Shown piece by piece: positions 26,071 through 38,538 of a stretch of 64,000 bases of DNA. The notes beneath the pieces are model-generated. The model ran no database searches and was not told the origin of the DNA. It saw nothing but the letters and a program-made list of their open reading frames with translations. This stretch comes from Pseudovirgaria hyperparasitica (lineage: Eukaryota): the NCBI GenBank assembly GCA_010093815.1, contig ML996576.1; one strand, 5' to 3'. The position numbers were made by a program, and so were the translations under genes. The stretch's first letter is position 1; the number at the start of each line of letters is the position of its first letter.

Positions 26071-27438
26071 AGCTACATGTGGTTGACCTTCCAAATACAC
26101 CCCCGGGGCCACGCGATAATGAACATATATCAGACGTACCTTGCGACTCTACAGCTTTGCAATTTGAACGCCATGACTCGCTCTCGGCGTCACGAGAAAA
26201 ACACATGGAATGATGGGTCCATGTCAGAGGTCCTTGGTCACATGCGCAGGCTCGCGTAATATACATGTGCCCTCGAATTGACGTGCCCAACAAGCTTTTA
26301 CGCAAATCAAGTCTTCTATGAGACAAACAAACCCTCAAGATGACGATTGAGCATGGTGATGTACTTGTCACGTATCGCAGTACTTTAAGGCCTGCTAGTC
26401 GTTAACAACTAGATGAGCGGATTACCAGTGCATGGGGAGGGTTTGCTGCAAGACTGGGTACATTGAAACATTCCCATGTCGATCGCTGTCTAACAATCCT
26501 GGCGACCTCGAGGCTAGCACGAGCCATCCTTACGATAAACTTCCATTATCACAGGAATTCACCAGCCGGTTTACAACATCCTCGCGGTCATTGGCGCAAG
26601 CGGAAACTGCCAAGTCTCGCAGAACATTCCGCACCTCGCACAGCATAGACATGCGAATATACCATATTGCGCAGGCTCGTGGTGGGAGCTCTGAGTAACC
26701 TTCCTCTGTCTCGAAGCTGCTGCATCCGTCGAGTGAGCCGATAGCGCGAGTCGTCGGACGGCCAATGGGACATTCTGATTATATGAGCGTGCCAAGTCGT
26801 TGATGAAGAGTCGGACTTGGCTGACAAGGCATCTTCGCAGTGCTCGCACCTCATTCTCACCACTTCCAGACTGTGCAACTCCGAAGCACGTTGCAAGGAG
26901 CCTCTTCTTGGGCCAACCCCGTCGACCACGTTTGGCTTCTTGTTTAAGCTTCGCCGCTGCTGTGACTGGGTAGGCTTGAGCGGTGGAAGGGGGAGGCGAT
27001 TAACTGGGAGTTGATGCTTGCTTTCGCACTTCTCCTATGCTTGAGTACGAGGGAGAGTGTGATATGGAAGGGTATAGAGCCACGCGCTTCTATCGATCGC
27101 CTAGGGGGTCGACCTATCCACCTCGTCGCAATTTCGTGCTTGTCACGAACTTCTTCCTCATAGGGTAAGACGTATCATAGCAAGTCCTATCAATGCTTGT
27201 TTTCAAACATAGTGAATTACGCGTCTCTCTTGTCCTTTTGACTTCAGACAGCGCTCCGTAGTCAATATATTCAGCATGATATCGTGTAGCACTGATTACC
27301 TCCCTGGCGAGTGTAAAAGAATATAAATCCCATGGAATGCCTACTTAAAAGTCTCTCCATTCCAAGCATCCAAATTCCTCCCTTCACAGCAGTAACAGTA
27401 GCAACAGCAGCAGTATCAGCAGCAACAGAAGACCAGCC

Positions 27439-28730
27439 ATGCTCCGCCTCACCCTCGCCCTCGCCCTCACAGCCCTCACCCTCATCTCCAACCTCGACCC
27501 CGCCGCCGCGCACCCAGGCCACGACATCCACGACGAAATCGCCCAACGCGCCGCCTACTTCGCCAATGCCGAGTACACATCGCTCGACCACTGCACGTCG
27601 CAGCTCAAGGCGCGCGAAGCCGAGACTATCGCGCGCCGCCGTGCGACCGTCGACCGTCTGCTGCGCAAGCGAGGCCTCAAGTCGCAACAGGAACGTCGTG
27701 ATCTGGCGGATGTGCTGGCCAAGAACCATCATTCGAATCTGACGGTTGACACGAATAGCCCGCATGAGCTGTTGTTTGGTGGGAATGCGAGTTGTTTGTT
27801 GAGCCCGGAGGTTACGGAGGGGCCGTATTGTGTGTTTCTTCCCTTCTCTTTTCTTCTTTCTTTCCCCGTCTTTGCCATTTTGGGGGGGTTCGCTGGCTAC
27901 ATGGTGTGATGAGCTAACCATGCAAAAATACGCAGACGTCGGCGGCGAGTTCGTGCGCAAGGACATCACCGAGGACGAAGCGGGCGTGCCCCTGACGGTG
28001 GATCTGCAGATCATTGACACGACGACGTGTGATCCACTGGGTGGTGTCGCGCTCGAGATCTGGCACTGCAGCGCGCTCGGCGTGTACAGCGGTGTGCCGA
28101 CTGCGGATCCGACGAATATCAATAATACGGCGTTGCGCGGGATACAGATGAGTGGCGAGGATGGCGTGACGGAGTTTGATACCGTGTATCCCGGGCATTA
28201 TGCCGGACGGGCGGTTCATGCACATAGTAAGTGCCGGGTGGTGATTGCGAAGGTCGAGGAAGCGTGGCTAATACATATTGTGTGTAGTTCTAGCGCATAT
28301 CAATGCCACGATCCTGCCCAACTCGACAATCACAGGTGGCACGGCGTCGCACGTTGGACAGATCTACTTTGACCAGAGCCTCAACGACGTCGTCGGGATG
28401 GCAGCGCCGTACAATACCAATACGCAGCCCATCACGACCAACGCGAACGACGGCATCCTGGCGTCTGGCGCGGTCGGCCAGAACGATCCGATTGTCAACT
28501 ATGTGCTGCTTGGAGACGCCATTACTGACGGGGTGTTTGCTTGGATCACGTTTGGCTTGGATCCAGCGGCGGTCAGGACGGTCAGGGAAGCGGCGCATTA
28601 TGGTGAGAACGGAGGCGTTCCGAATACCGTCGGCGGTGGTCCTGGGGGTCCTGGGGGTCCGGGAGGACCGCCGACTGGGTCGAGGCCACCTTTCCCTGGG
28701 CCGCCGACTGCGGTTCCTACGGCTGCTTGA
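27439..28730 (+). CDS. Secreted intradiol ring-cleavage dioxygenase-like protein. Exons 27439-27829, 27936-28226, 28288-28730
   Basis: Signal peptide followed by HPGH, then EVTEGPYYV, EIWHCSALGVYSG, LRGIQ, PGHYAGRAVHAH and HVGQIYFDQ; Gly/Pro-rich tail. Confidence 0.9.
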
Positions 28731-29012
28731 GGATGAGTAGTCAGGAACGAGGATTGGTGTAGGTCGCTGGAAGGGATTGGGAACAGGTGCGAGGCATGTG
28801 TACTGTTTCTAGGTGACTTGTGTTTGCTGAGGAATTTGTGGATGAATACATCGTTGGGCCGTAGTCTACTGTTTTCACGATTTGTCAAACGTAATACTTC
28901 TTGACTTTCCGCCAGCGGTTCTCCGATGCGGACAGAGCCTGACCAGACTGCACACTAACGAAGTATTCGCCGAATCCCTCTTACAGGATGAAGAAATGAC
29001 ACAGCTTCCCAC

Positions 29013-31071
29013 CTAGCCAGGTAATCGCGTATATATTGTCGCGCTCGTGTAGTCTTTCTGCGGTCCCCGGACGTCATATCGAACATGGAACTCAGCCATG
29101 CCGCCCAGGCCTTCTCCTCCGCTTGGTTTCTGGGTGTGAAACTCGTAAGCAGCATCATACAAGTCTGCAGCACACACATGTGTTTCTTTCGATCTTGCCT
29201 TCCTGGTGATACCATCATTTTCCCCATCGAGGATCTGCAGCTGCACGAACAAGCCATCGTCTGTCTTGCCGTCCTCTTTCACGAAAAGAACACTAATCTC
29301 GTCCGACTTGGGATCGTATCGGTAGAGGTATCGTCGTCTCACGCTGAATTCCAGGCCGTTATTGGTTTTGAATGACCCACTTTCTTCGTACATGACTTCT
29401 TCACCTTCTTTGATGTCTCTGACGGATTCATTGTGGGTGTTAAATGTCGCGCTGCCTTCGACGGTGCCTGATGGATGGGTTGTGAGTTTGCTGGAAAGTG
29501 TGCGTTCGAGCTGCCATGTGCCGACTAGGGATCGAAAGATGAGTAGCGTCGATGTTGGATGCGAAGATGCTCCGGTTGGGGCGAGGTTTGGAGAGTCAAG
29601 TGTAGGGGACGAGGACATGGAGCTCATGAGATATGAGTTGACAGACTGTAGCGTTGCTCGAGAGGGATTCAAGGTTGGCATGGAGGTCGTCACCCACGCA
29701 AGGCGTTGTCTTATAAATGGCTTGTCCATCGAATGTGGAGACTTTGGAGTTGATGTCATGCTCCCTGGTATACTTGAGTCACTCTGCGAAGCATCTGCGC
29801 ATAGGGACATGGACTTACCATTGGCATTAGCGTAGAGACATATGATAGCTAATGCGGTGCCTAAAGATAGATCTTTGCCAGTCTGACAGCAGACAAACAG
29901 GCGTCCGGTGCTGAGGTTCGACATGAAGGGCTGTAACTTGTTCAACTCCTTGCGCAGATCTCTACTTCCAAGCTTTCCAGTGGAACACTGCATATGCAAG
30001 TATCTAGACTTCAATCGCAGGCTTGAGCTGCGATGCACGGTCCCTCCGCAGTGTATCACAGCGTCGCTATCGAAAGTAGCGTTCTCGTTGTCTAGTATTT
30101 GTTCAGCACCTACGTAGAGCCATGTTGTGGGCTTCACGAGAACTAGACCAGCTTCGTTGGGGCATTCGCCGTTCACTAGCAGCTGTGAGATCAACTCAGG
30201 CATATCCTCATCTGTGGAGTTCAGTAGTCGTGCCTTGTGTCTCCAGAACAGCGGCGCTGTCAAGCCCCGAGACCAGCCTTCAGCATCGTCTCCTGCCCCT
30301 TGCACATAACTCCCTTCAAACATTTCACCGCCAAGAACTGTCCTCGACGTTGTACACAGCACTACCCGGTGAAACTCTTCAAATACAGGCACTTGTAATA
30401 TATCGCCTTCTCGTGTCACGAACACTGGTCTAAGGGGCTTGTGCAAAGATGCTCGGAGAGTTGACAAATTGATACCCAGCTCTTGAAGCTGGCGCACGAA
30501 GCGAGGGATTCTGGCTTCAATCTGGGCGTGTTCAGAAGCAGACACCGACATCGTTGCTGTAAATAGTGTATGTGACTCCTCGAGCTCTGGGAAGAGAACT
30601 CGATTCAGCACGCAGCACCAAATTGGAACCGTCTTGGACAGGGCATCTGGCATTCGCTTCCCTCTTCTAGTCGAGTCGACTATTATGCAGCTAATACGTT
30701 TCAGCAGAGACATCTTCGCCTTGGATCGCATGTCCTGCGTACCCGTCGAACTGACCGATAACGTCCAGCACTTGCGTGTTGAGTCTCCTCAGGCTGAAGG
30801 CCCATTCGTTCATGTGTCCGTCGGTACTTTTGAAGTATGCACTCGCCGTCTTGCGCTCGGGTGGTATGTACCAGCTCCCGCAACGCTCATTCGCAATGAG
30901 TGGCAGCCGCACTGCATCTGCCACAGAGCATACAAATGTTGCATCTTCTGTGATTGATTTCAGACGATTTGAAATAGATAGCGTAGAGCGCTTCAACGAC
31001 GACAGAATTTCGGAGAAATTCGTGGACTGTGATGGGAAGATAATGTCGGACGTCTGCAAGGGACGTGACAT
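29013..31071 (-). CDS. RIT1: Initiator tRNA A64 2'-O-ribosylphosphate transferase with C-terminal DUF6314-like fusion. Exons 31071-30743, 30690-29819, 29764-29013
   Basis: NERCGSWY, YFKSTDGH, IVDSTRRGKRMPDALSKTVPIW, YVQGAGDDAEGW, CQTGKDLS and NPSRATLQSVN, followed by ~180 extra aa in frame. Confidence 0.93.
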
Positions 31072-31464
31072 GCTTGCTTGTATCCAATTGAAGCAATTAA
31101 TGCTGTCTTATTGAATAAATGTGCATATATAACGCGAAAGATTCCTGGGACATTGTACGTTGCGTCTTTTATTGACTCCGCGTAGTTAGAACTATCTGAT
31201 CCAACATAGCGAAGCGTAATGGGCTTGAGTATCAAAAGGTACGTCAGTGTCAGCTACAGCCGAAGTTCTGGAAAAGATCGCTGCCCACATGTCTATCTTA
31301 TCGATACCACTAGCGTCTTGGCGGCAGGAATTGGCACTAGCGCAAGCTCCACAAAATACAACGCGCAACAACAATTCGCGACAAGTAGATTTTGGACTCT
31401 CGTAGAACAACGCGCAATCATTGCCTCTACAAAACTCACACCATGTGAACACGATTCTGTCAAC

Positions 31465-33190
31465 ATGTCTACATTCGATGTTATTCCAATTGCGCGCTTC
31501 GCAGGCTCTAGTGCTGCGATCAAGAGACCACGGGTGGGTATCTGCTGTGAGCGGGAAGCTTTTGGGGGGACATAATAGCTAATGGTGTATCTAGGAAATT
31601 GCATGCTTCTCATATGACAGCGAACACAAGTTCCGCCTCGATGACTCCTCGATCAACTATTACTACCCACCCGCGCTTCCTGCGGACCTCAACGCGGGCT
31701 TCGAGACGTTTAACAACTTGAGGGAGGACCAGAAGGGCGATGAGCATATTGACAGCTTGCTGAAGACGATCATGGCATTGGAGAAGAAGGAGGGCAAGAA
31801 GTGCGAGGCAGACTTCGTGACGTGGAGGGGCATGATGACCAAGGTCCGCATGCGACACGTTCAAGAAGGGGCAGAGCAGCGAGGCTAATTGAAGCGCAGA
31901 TCATGGCTGCGCCGTTTGACATGTTCAGCGAGTATGTCAAGCGGAATAGGTCATTTGGGAGGGAGCAAGGCTTACGCATATCAGGTTCGAGATGTACGCA
32001 ACGTGTTACCAAGTGAGTAGATTGCAGCGCACACTATTAGGAATTTGGCTAACCATTCCGCCATCAAGGGAACGATGTACGTACCGCTCTAAGTCTTGTA
32101 CAGTATGGTACAGCTCGCGTTCTAATCCGCAATCACAAAACAGCTTTATCGAAGAAGACTACCAGTGGCACCTCGACCAGCGTGCCAAACAGTTGACCCA
32201 AAAGTCACGCCGTCAACATTCGGCATCACAAGAGCTGATGCAGTACTGGGGTAAGATTCCCACCACATCCTGCTCTCGCTATCTTTCCTTTTACCTCTTG
32301 ATTGACCTTTCCCGGGCTACAAATTCGAAACCCTCGCCCTAATCCCGGACATCTGGGACAACGTATCGCGCGAATACATTGAGTCGCGGCCCTCGCTGCC
32401 CGTCAGCAACAAGGCCCAATACTGCTCCGTCGTCCGCACTGCCATCGGCACCTCCTCTATGGTCATCGGCGGCGAAGTAGACGCCCGTAAGTCGCCCCCT
32501 TGCGATCCCACGCCCTCTTTCCCTTGGATCATCTAGAGAATCTCTCACTCACACACACAGTATGGGACTCCAAGCCCTCCAAACCCTCTCCCGACCCAAC
32601 CTCCACCTCCACCTTCAGCCTCCAAGACGACCCCTCCACCGACGAACCCATAAATTGGGTCGAGCTCAAAACCGCAATTTGGCCGGCAACGACCGGAGAA
32701 ATGCTCACATTCGAGCGTAAGCTGCTCAAGTTCTGGATCCAATCCTTCCTGCTCGGCGTGCCGCGCATCATCGTTGGCTTCCGTGACAGGCACGGCATCC
32801 TGCGCAGCCTCGAGGAGCTGCAGACACACAGCTTGCCCGGGATGGTCAAGCGGCAGCACGCGTCTTGGGACGGCAATACGTGTGTGAACTTTGCGGCTGG
32901 GTTCTTGGCGTGTATGTTTCTTCCTCTTCATATCTCCTATCCATCTCCTCTCCCTCCTCGCTCCGTTCCCTATTACTTCTCTGAACACGTTACATAATGA
33001 AAGCCTACTAACACAAACAGACCTCAAAGAGACGGTGACTACGCCAGAAAAATACCGCATCCGCCGCACAAAGGGCTCGCCGACAATCGAAGTCGTCAAA
33101 CTCCCGAGCGCACTCGGCGACTACTCGCACATCCTCTCCGCAGAGTTTGTGCAGTGGCGGGAGGAGGGCGGCAACGAGACGTCTGGTTGA
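31465..33190 (+). CDS. RAI1: DXO/Rai1 decapping nuclease. Exons 31465-31533, 31595-31843, 31900-31931, 31985-32012, 32069-32076, 32144-32250, 32316-32486, 32561-32911, 33021-33190
   Basis: FVTWRGMMTKI, GTIFIEE, YWGYKFE, GGEVDA, WVELKT and KFWIQSFLLGVPRIIVGFRD. One acceptor is non-canonical (see findings). Confidence 0.93.
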
Positions 33191-33257
33191 TGCCAACTGC
33201 GTGCGGCGGATGGCAGGTATTGGGGATGGCAGGGGCGCGGAGGGGGTGAATTTGGGA

Positions 33258-33870
33258 GCAGACTTGATAGCCAGTAGAGAATGAACAAGTTATCTGATAC
33301 CCAACATGATAGAAACCTCGTAGCATGTGCAGTGCCCTAGTATTGAGAATGGTGCAGAGTAAGGACACCACGGTCAGGCTAGCCATGAATTGTGAATGAG
33401 GGAACATGGCCATCGTGAGATATGGCAGCGAGGACACGACGAGACGAATAGGAAGGGGGAATTAAAATAGTAGATATAATAGCTAGTAGAGAATGTACTC
33501 ATCTATCCCATGTCTAACACCATAGAAACCTCATAGCATGTATAGTAAACTACTATTGTACCCACACAGACTAAGCACACCACGACGGGACCGCGTAGGA
33601 TTCTATAAATATACCCACAGAACCACGCCTAAAGATTCGTAGCGAGGACACGCCGAGACGAACAGGAAGGAAGAAGGTCATAGCAGACTTGATAGCCAGT
33701 AGAGAATCAACAAGTTATATAATGCCTAACACGATAGAAAACCGCTTAGTATATAGACTGAATTACTATTAAACGCTATATAGGGTATACATTCTAGACT
33801 TAGCGTAGCTATATATTATAAAATATACCTATAGAACCACGCGTGAAAATTCATAGTAGGAATTATAATT
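33258..33870. repeat. Degenerate tandem triplication, ~212-214-bp unit
   Basis: GCAGACTTGATAGCCAGTAGAGAAT at 33258 and 33683, variant at 33470; GCGAGGACACG.CGAGACGAA.AGGAAGG at 33428 and 33642. Confidence 0.85.
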
Positions 33871-34865
33871 AGTCGAAGAGAATAGAGTAACGTACTACTA
33901 AGTCCGATAGCTACAGAACCAAGTATTACATAAGATATCAAGAACACAACGACTCAAACCCCTCTGAACTCTAAACCCCCTTTTCTAACACGATACCTAT
34001 AAAGGCGCGAATTACCAGACTATGATGCCCCCAGCACCCGGCTGTCCTGTTGGTAGGATTGTATTTTGCTGTGATGGGTTGGGTGTCAAGTCATCATAGC
34101 TGCCGCGTCTCGCTATTCGGGGTCTGAGTTGTTATTCGAGTCTAGGGTAGTGTATGTAATATGGAACGTAGGAACGATATAAGAAAGGCCATGAGATACA
34201 TGATATAACGTTTGAAGCGACTGGGTTATTCTAGTTCTTCTATTAATTATCTATTCATCCCCTGTTTTATTCTCGTTCTATGTTCTTTTCAAGCTTAGCG
34301 AGGGACAGGGACAGGCAGGGGACTTAAGCCAAGTGGTTAATGAATGCTACTATGCACACGACTAGCTAGCCCGCTGAATGGCCAGATAGATGGCTGTCAA
34401 ACTAGGCAGTTGAGTGAGTAACCAAGTAAGTAAGTGAGTAACAGGGTGGCAGGACTACAAAGGCCTATATACAAACAAACGGATGGACTCTCAAACACTC
34501 TTAAACTTCTCAATCCGTATTATTTCGAACACGTTCACTGCCCCCTCTCCCGGCCCGGCCCGGTAATTGATTCCACAAACTCCTCCTACGTCCCCAGAGA
34601 AAACGAGGAAACAAAGAAACAGCCCCTGCCTGATACTTAGATCCATACCACCTCAGGGACCCGTGAGTAACAACACAGGAATCAGCAGCTCATCAGCCGA
34701 GAAAGAAAAAAAAAAGCCGTTCCAAAAAAAAAAAAAAAAAGGCCATGGTGGTAGATCTTTCAGCTGTTGCTTGTAATTACTGTTTTGATTTTTTCGAAGA
34801 CATGGCATACCATAACTCACACAAAACATCAAGCATCTACCTGACCTAACGCAACTTAAGCTTAT

Positions 34866-35023
34866 AGTATTGAGCTCGGAGTATTAAGCTCGCAGTATCA
34901 AGCTCGCAGTATCAAGCTCGCAGTATCAAGCTCGCAGTATCAAGTTCGGAGTATCAAGCTCGCAGTATCAACCTCGCAGTATGTATCAAGCTCGCAGTAT
35001 CAAGTCCGCCGTATGTATCAAGC
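34866..35023. repeat. 14-bp minisatellite (AGTATCAAGCTCGC), ~10-11 copies
   Basis: Directly visible, with substituted variants and two GTAT insertions. Confidence 0.95.
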
Positions 35024-35224
35024 ATCATGAGACAGTGGCTATTTTCTCTTAATATTACTTATATTACTTGTCGAGTATATAGTATCACGGGATCTTTGAG
35101 CGGTTGCCGTGTGGTTTTCAGGCTTCAAAAGGTTCGGTAACACTAGTCAGATGACTAGGACTAGTCATTTTGGCTGAGTGGTTACGACAGCCGGGAGGGA
35201 GGGCGGAGGGAAGGGGATGTGGAT

Positions 35225-35530
35225 TTGCTTTTACTTTTGGATTGCTTTACTTTACTTTACTTTACTTTGCTTTGCTCTACTTTGCTTTACTTTACTCTAC
35301 TTTGCTTTACTTTACTCTACTTTGCTTTACTTTACTCTACTTTGCTTTACTTTACTTTACTCTACTTTACTTTACTTTACTTTGCTTTACTCTACTCTAC
35401 TCTACTCTACTCTACTCTACTCTACTCTACTCCACTTTACTCTACTTCACTCTACTCTACTTCACTTTCCTATTGTCTTTGCTTTGCTATGCTTTTGCTT
35501 TGCTTTACTTTTACTTTTACTTTTGCTTGC
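35225..35530. repeat. Compound pentanucleotide microsatellite (CTTTA/CTTTG/CTCTA)n
   Basis: Directly visible; the source of the spurious LLYFT ORFs. Confidence 0.97.
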
Positions 35531-35903
35531 AGAATATACTACTATACTACACACACAGACTTCAAGCGGCGCTTCATATTAAACTTTAGACGTTACCACG
35601 GAGTAACTGACTGTATGTTTATGCGGGTGTGGGCGTGGGGTATAATGTGGATATATAATCGGGCGGACGGGCGGGGTTTAGTATGGCTTCTCTGATGAAT
35701 TACGGATGGATTTAGTTGTAGGTATGGGTAATTATTGGTAATTATGGGTAGGTATGGGTAGATATGATAATAATAATGCTGTAAGGGAGAAAGTGTATAC
35801 ACAGCACAAACCCCTAAAACCAGCATCGACAGATGCAATCACGTAGTCTCAAGTACCGAAACAGGCGATGAAAAATCTGGCATTTCAATTTTCGAAAGCG
35901 CTA

Positions 35904-35907
<4 letters not shown>

Positions 35908-35942
<35 letters not shown>
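35908..35942. repeat. (CA)n microsatellite
   Basis: Directly visible. Confidence 0.97.
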
Positions 35943-35944
<2 letters not shown>

Positions 35945-38538
35945 ACAACACAGACGCCACGACCCAGAGAAGGAGGCCTTTCGAAGAAGACAAGAAAAAT
36001 CTGAAACAGCATGCATTCATGGACGCCGACGCCGCCTACCGGCTTCGGGAGACGGGATCCGGGCACCCCACCCGGTGCGTGCGTGCGTGCATGCGTGCCT
36101 GAGCAGGCAAGAAGAACGCTAACAGCCTGCAGAAGGCTTTTTTTATGTGCAGTTGTGCCTGGGAAGAACAGGGGGAGGGAGAGAGGAATCTAGAATGCAT
36201 ATGCAGGTACATACCGCTCCAGATATTCCTATCTCTCCATGGCGGGGATGAATAGAGTATGTTTCACCTGGGACTAGGAGGACGCGGGAAAGGAAGGAGT
36301 GGGCGGCTGCTCGAGTCAGCGATGGAGACATACATTATTACATACCATGGCGGCCGTGCTGATAGATGGACAGTGTGGAAGTGTGTGTGCTCAGATCGGA
36401 AGTACAAGTACAGTGTATGCGGTTAGCCAATCTGCCATCCTGCCTCGTGCTGTGGCAATACACTGGACAGTCGTGTATACACACACACGCATGGTGGATG
36501 CTCAGTCCATCAGCATAACCCTCGCTTAGGCTGTCATGCTGTTGCAGCCACAGATGTATGTAGCCCCGTGCGTGGCCGTGATGCTCGAGAGCGGCGTGAA
36601 AGGCTAATGGTATTGTTGCATCAGCATCCAAGGTGGTCGAAGTCTGTTCGACTGCAAGTATAGTTTCTTTAGCCAACTAGACGTACTCGATAGATCTGCG
36701 GGTACTTTGTCTCGAGGTATGATGATAGAGTTTGGGTAAGGTTCTGGTAGTGAACACTGAAGAACAACACGCACATGTACCGTCTTGAGGGTGGATGACA
36801 GTGATTACGACTGGTAATTACCTGGCACTTCGTATAAGATGCGAGCGTGTTCTGTAGTTTGGTTCAGTATATGCTTGCCATGCATGTGACGCTTCTCACT
36901 TGGAGTCTTTGATGGGCTCAACGCTGCAGCAGTACGGTCCTGGGCATGACTCGTCGACTGCGATGGCAGGGCTATCCCAACATCGATATGCTATAACCGA
37001 CGTTGATAAACTGGGATAAGCTGTAGTCCTCGTTAGCGAGAGGTAAGTCTGACCGCCTCTCAATCCTATCTTAAGGTCAGACTTCCGGCTAATCATGCCT
37101 CGGACAAGAGGCCAATCACGTCTTGTGTGCCGTTCCTGTTTAGCTCGACGGCGGCGGAACAAAGTTGTCGCTAGACCAGAGAAGGCAGCTTGTGGCCAAT
37201 TGGAAGCATGTCTGGTGCGTGTCGCCGATGTTGGTCGGGGGGGAGAAGCTGGAAGGGCTGGTCGTGAAACCTGAGGCCAACCAAGCGAAGGCCGATGGCC
37301 GAGGAGGTGCAGATTTCGAAACACTAGCGGCTTTCCTGGAAGATGTCGTACCTGTATCAGACTCTTCTAATACTTTCTAGTGCAAATCCTATCCGCGGAG
37401 TCCATGAGGTTTGTTGATCCAGTCTGAAGACCGTGGCGGCGGCTTTCTATCGCGACCGAAGGGCGATTCGAGATCTGCCCTTAAAGCCTTGGTCTGACGG
37501 GCCCGCGCTTTGTGGGGATAGACATGCACCGGCAAGCCTATTCGAAGTCGTTCGTCTGACAGGGTCCGAATAGCTACCTAATTACCTACACGCTGGTGGC
37601 TGGACATCGTCATTGTACAGAGCGGCTTGCTCAGTCTGGCAATTGGACGATTATTGTCTACAATCTTGAACACTTTGCCTTTCTCTTCGCGTAGACACAG
37701 GGTTTGCTGGCTGTAGTCGCTCGCCTTCATCCTGACAGCTGGTTCGGAGGAGGATGCGATATCTTCTGCTCCTCCGTTCTCTGGACTTACAGTACTCCGC
37801 TTCAGACTGCGGGGTTGTGTGGGCGGGATAGCTGCAGTGCTTGCTGCAACGATGGATAGCGAGCACGTACTGTAATTATGTGATCATTCACATCCATTGC
37901 CGGCATGTACTGCCGCATGCACTGCTGCATATCGGCCCTCAACTCAACGAGGCATGTCTCCCGACAGTGATCGCCACCGGTGCGTCCAGGTTTGACCATG
38001 CAGAGACGACTTGTTGAAGACGTATTAGTGATTAGGGCTACTGCTATCTGTGTCTAGTTTGTGATGTCCTTGCGGGAGTGTCATAACTGTAGATAATTAG
38101 TCTGCCCTGTAGCCTAGACTCCCGACGAGAATAGGACGAATATTTGTCCGACGGGTGTGGGTGGTGTGCGATCTGCGCAGACGCAACGACGCGCCATCGC
38201 CGTAGAAGAAGAAGCGTATTACGGCAAGCAACGGCAACCCCATAGTACGACGATCGACGCGCTAGATAGGCTAGAAGTGCAAAACAGTCGCCTTGTCCAA
38301 CGCTTCTACAAGTCGCGAGGACGACAAGACGACGAAGCTATACTAGACTGAAGATCGGTCGGGTCAGACGCTTGGTGGAGGCCTAAAGAATAGACTTTTC
38401 TGAGTTCTCGAAGGCATGCGCATGCGTCCAGAGCGCTCGCCAGGCTTCAGCAATACATACAGTAATTAGTGGCCATCGGCTTCGACCGCGGTGGGCTCCC
38501 GTCGGCGCGTGGTGGAGATGAAAGTGGATGATGTACAT

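Noticed and set aside
26430..27014. Minus-strand frame with an AT-hook-like RRGWPKK
   Set aside because: No clear start, a single degenerate motif, and no supportable gene model.
35170..35695. Three overlapping 'LLYFT' ORFs
   Set aside because: Translation of a pentanucleotide microsatellite with no stops; no coding signal.
36338..38400. Possible gene(s) in the middle of the STE12 upstream region
   Set aside because: I could not build a consistent spliced model or find a motif; a lncRNA or relic cannot be excluded.
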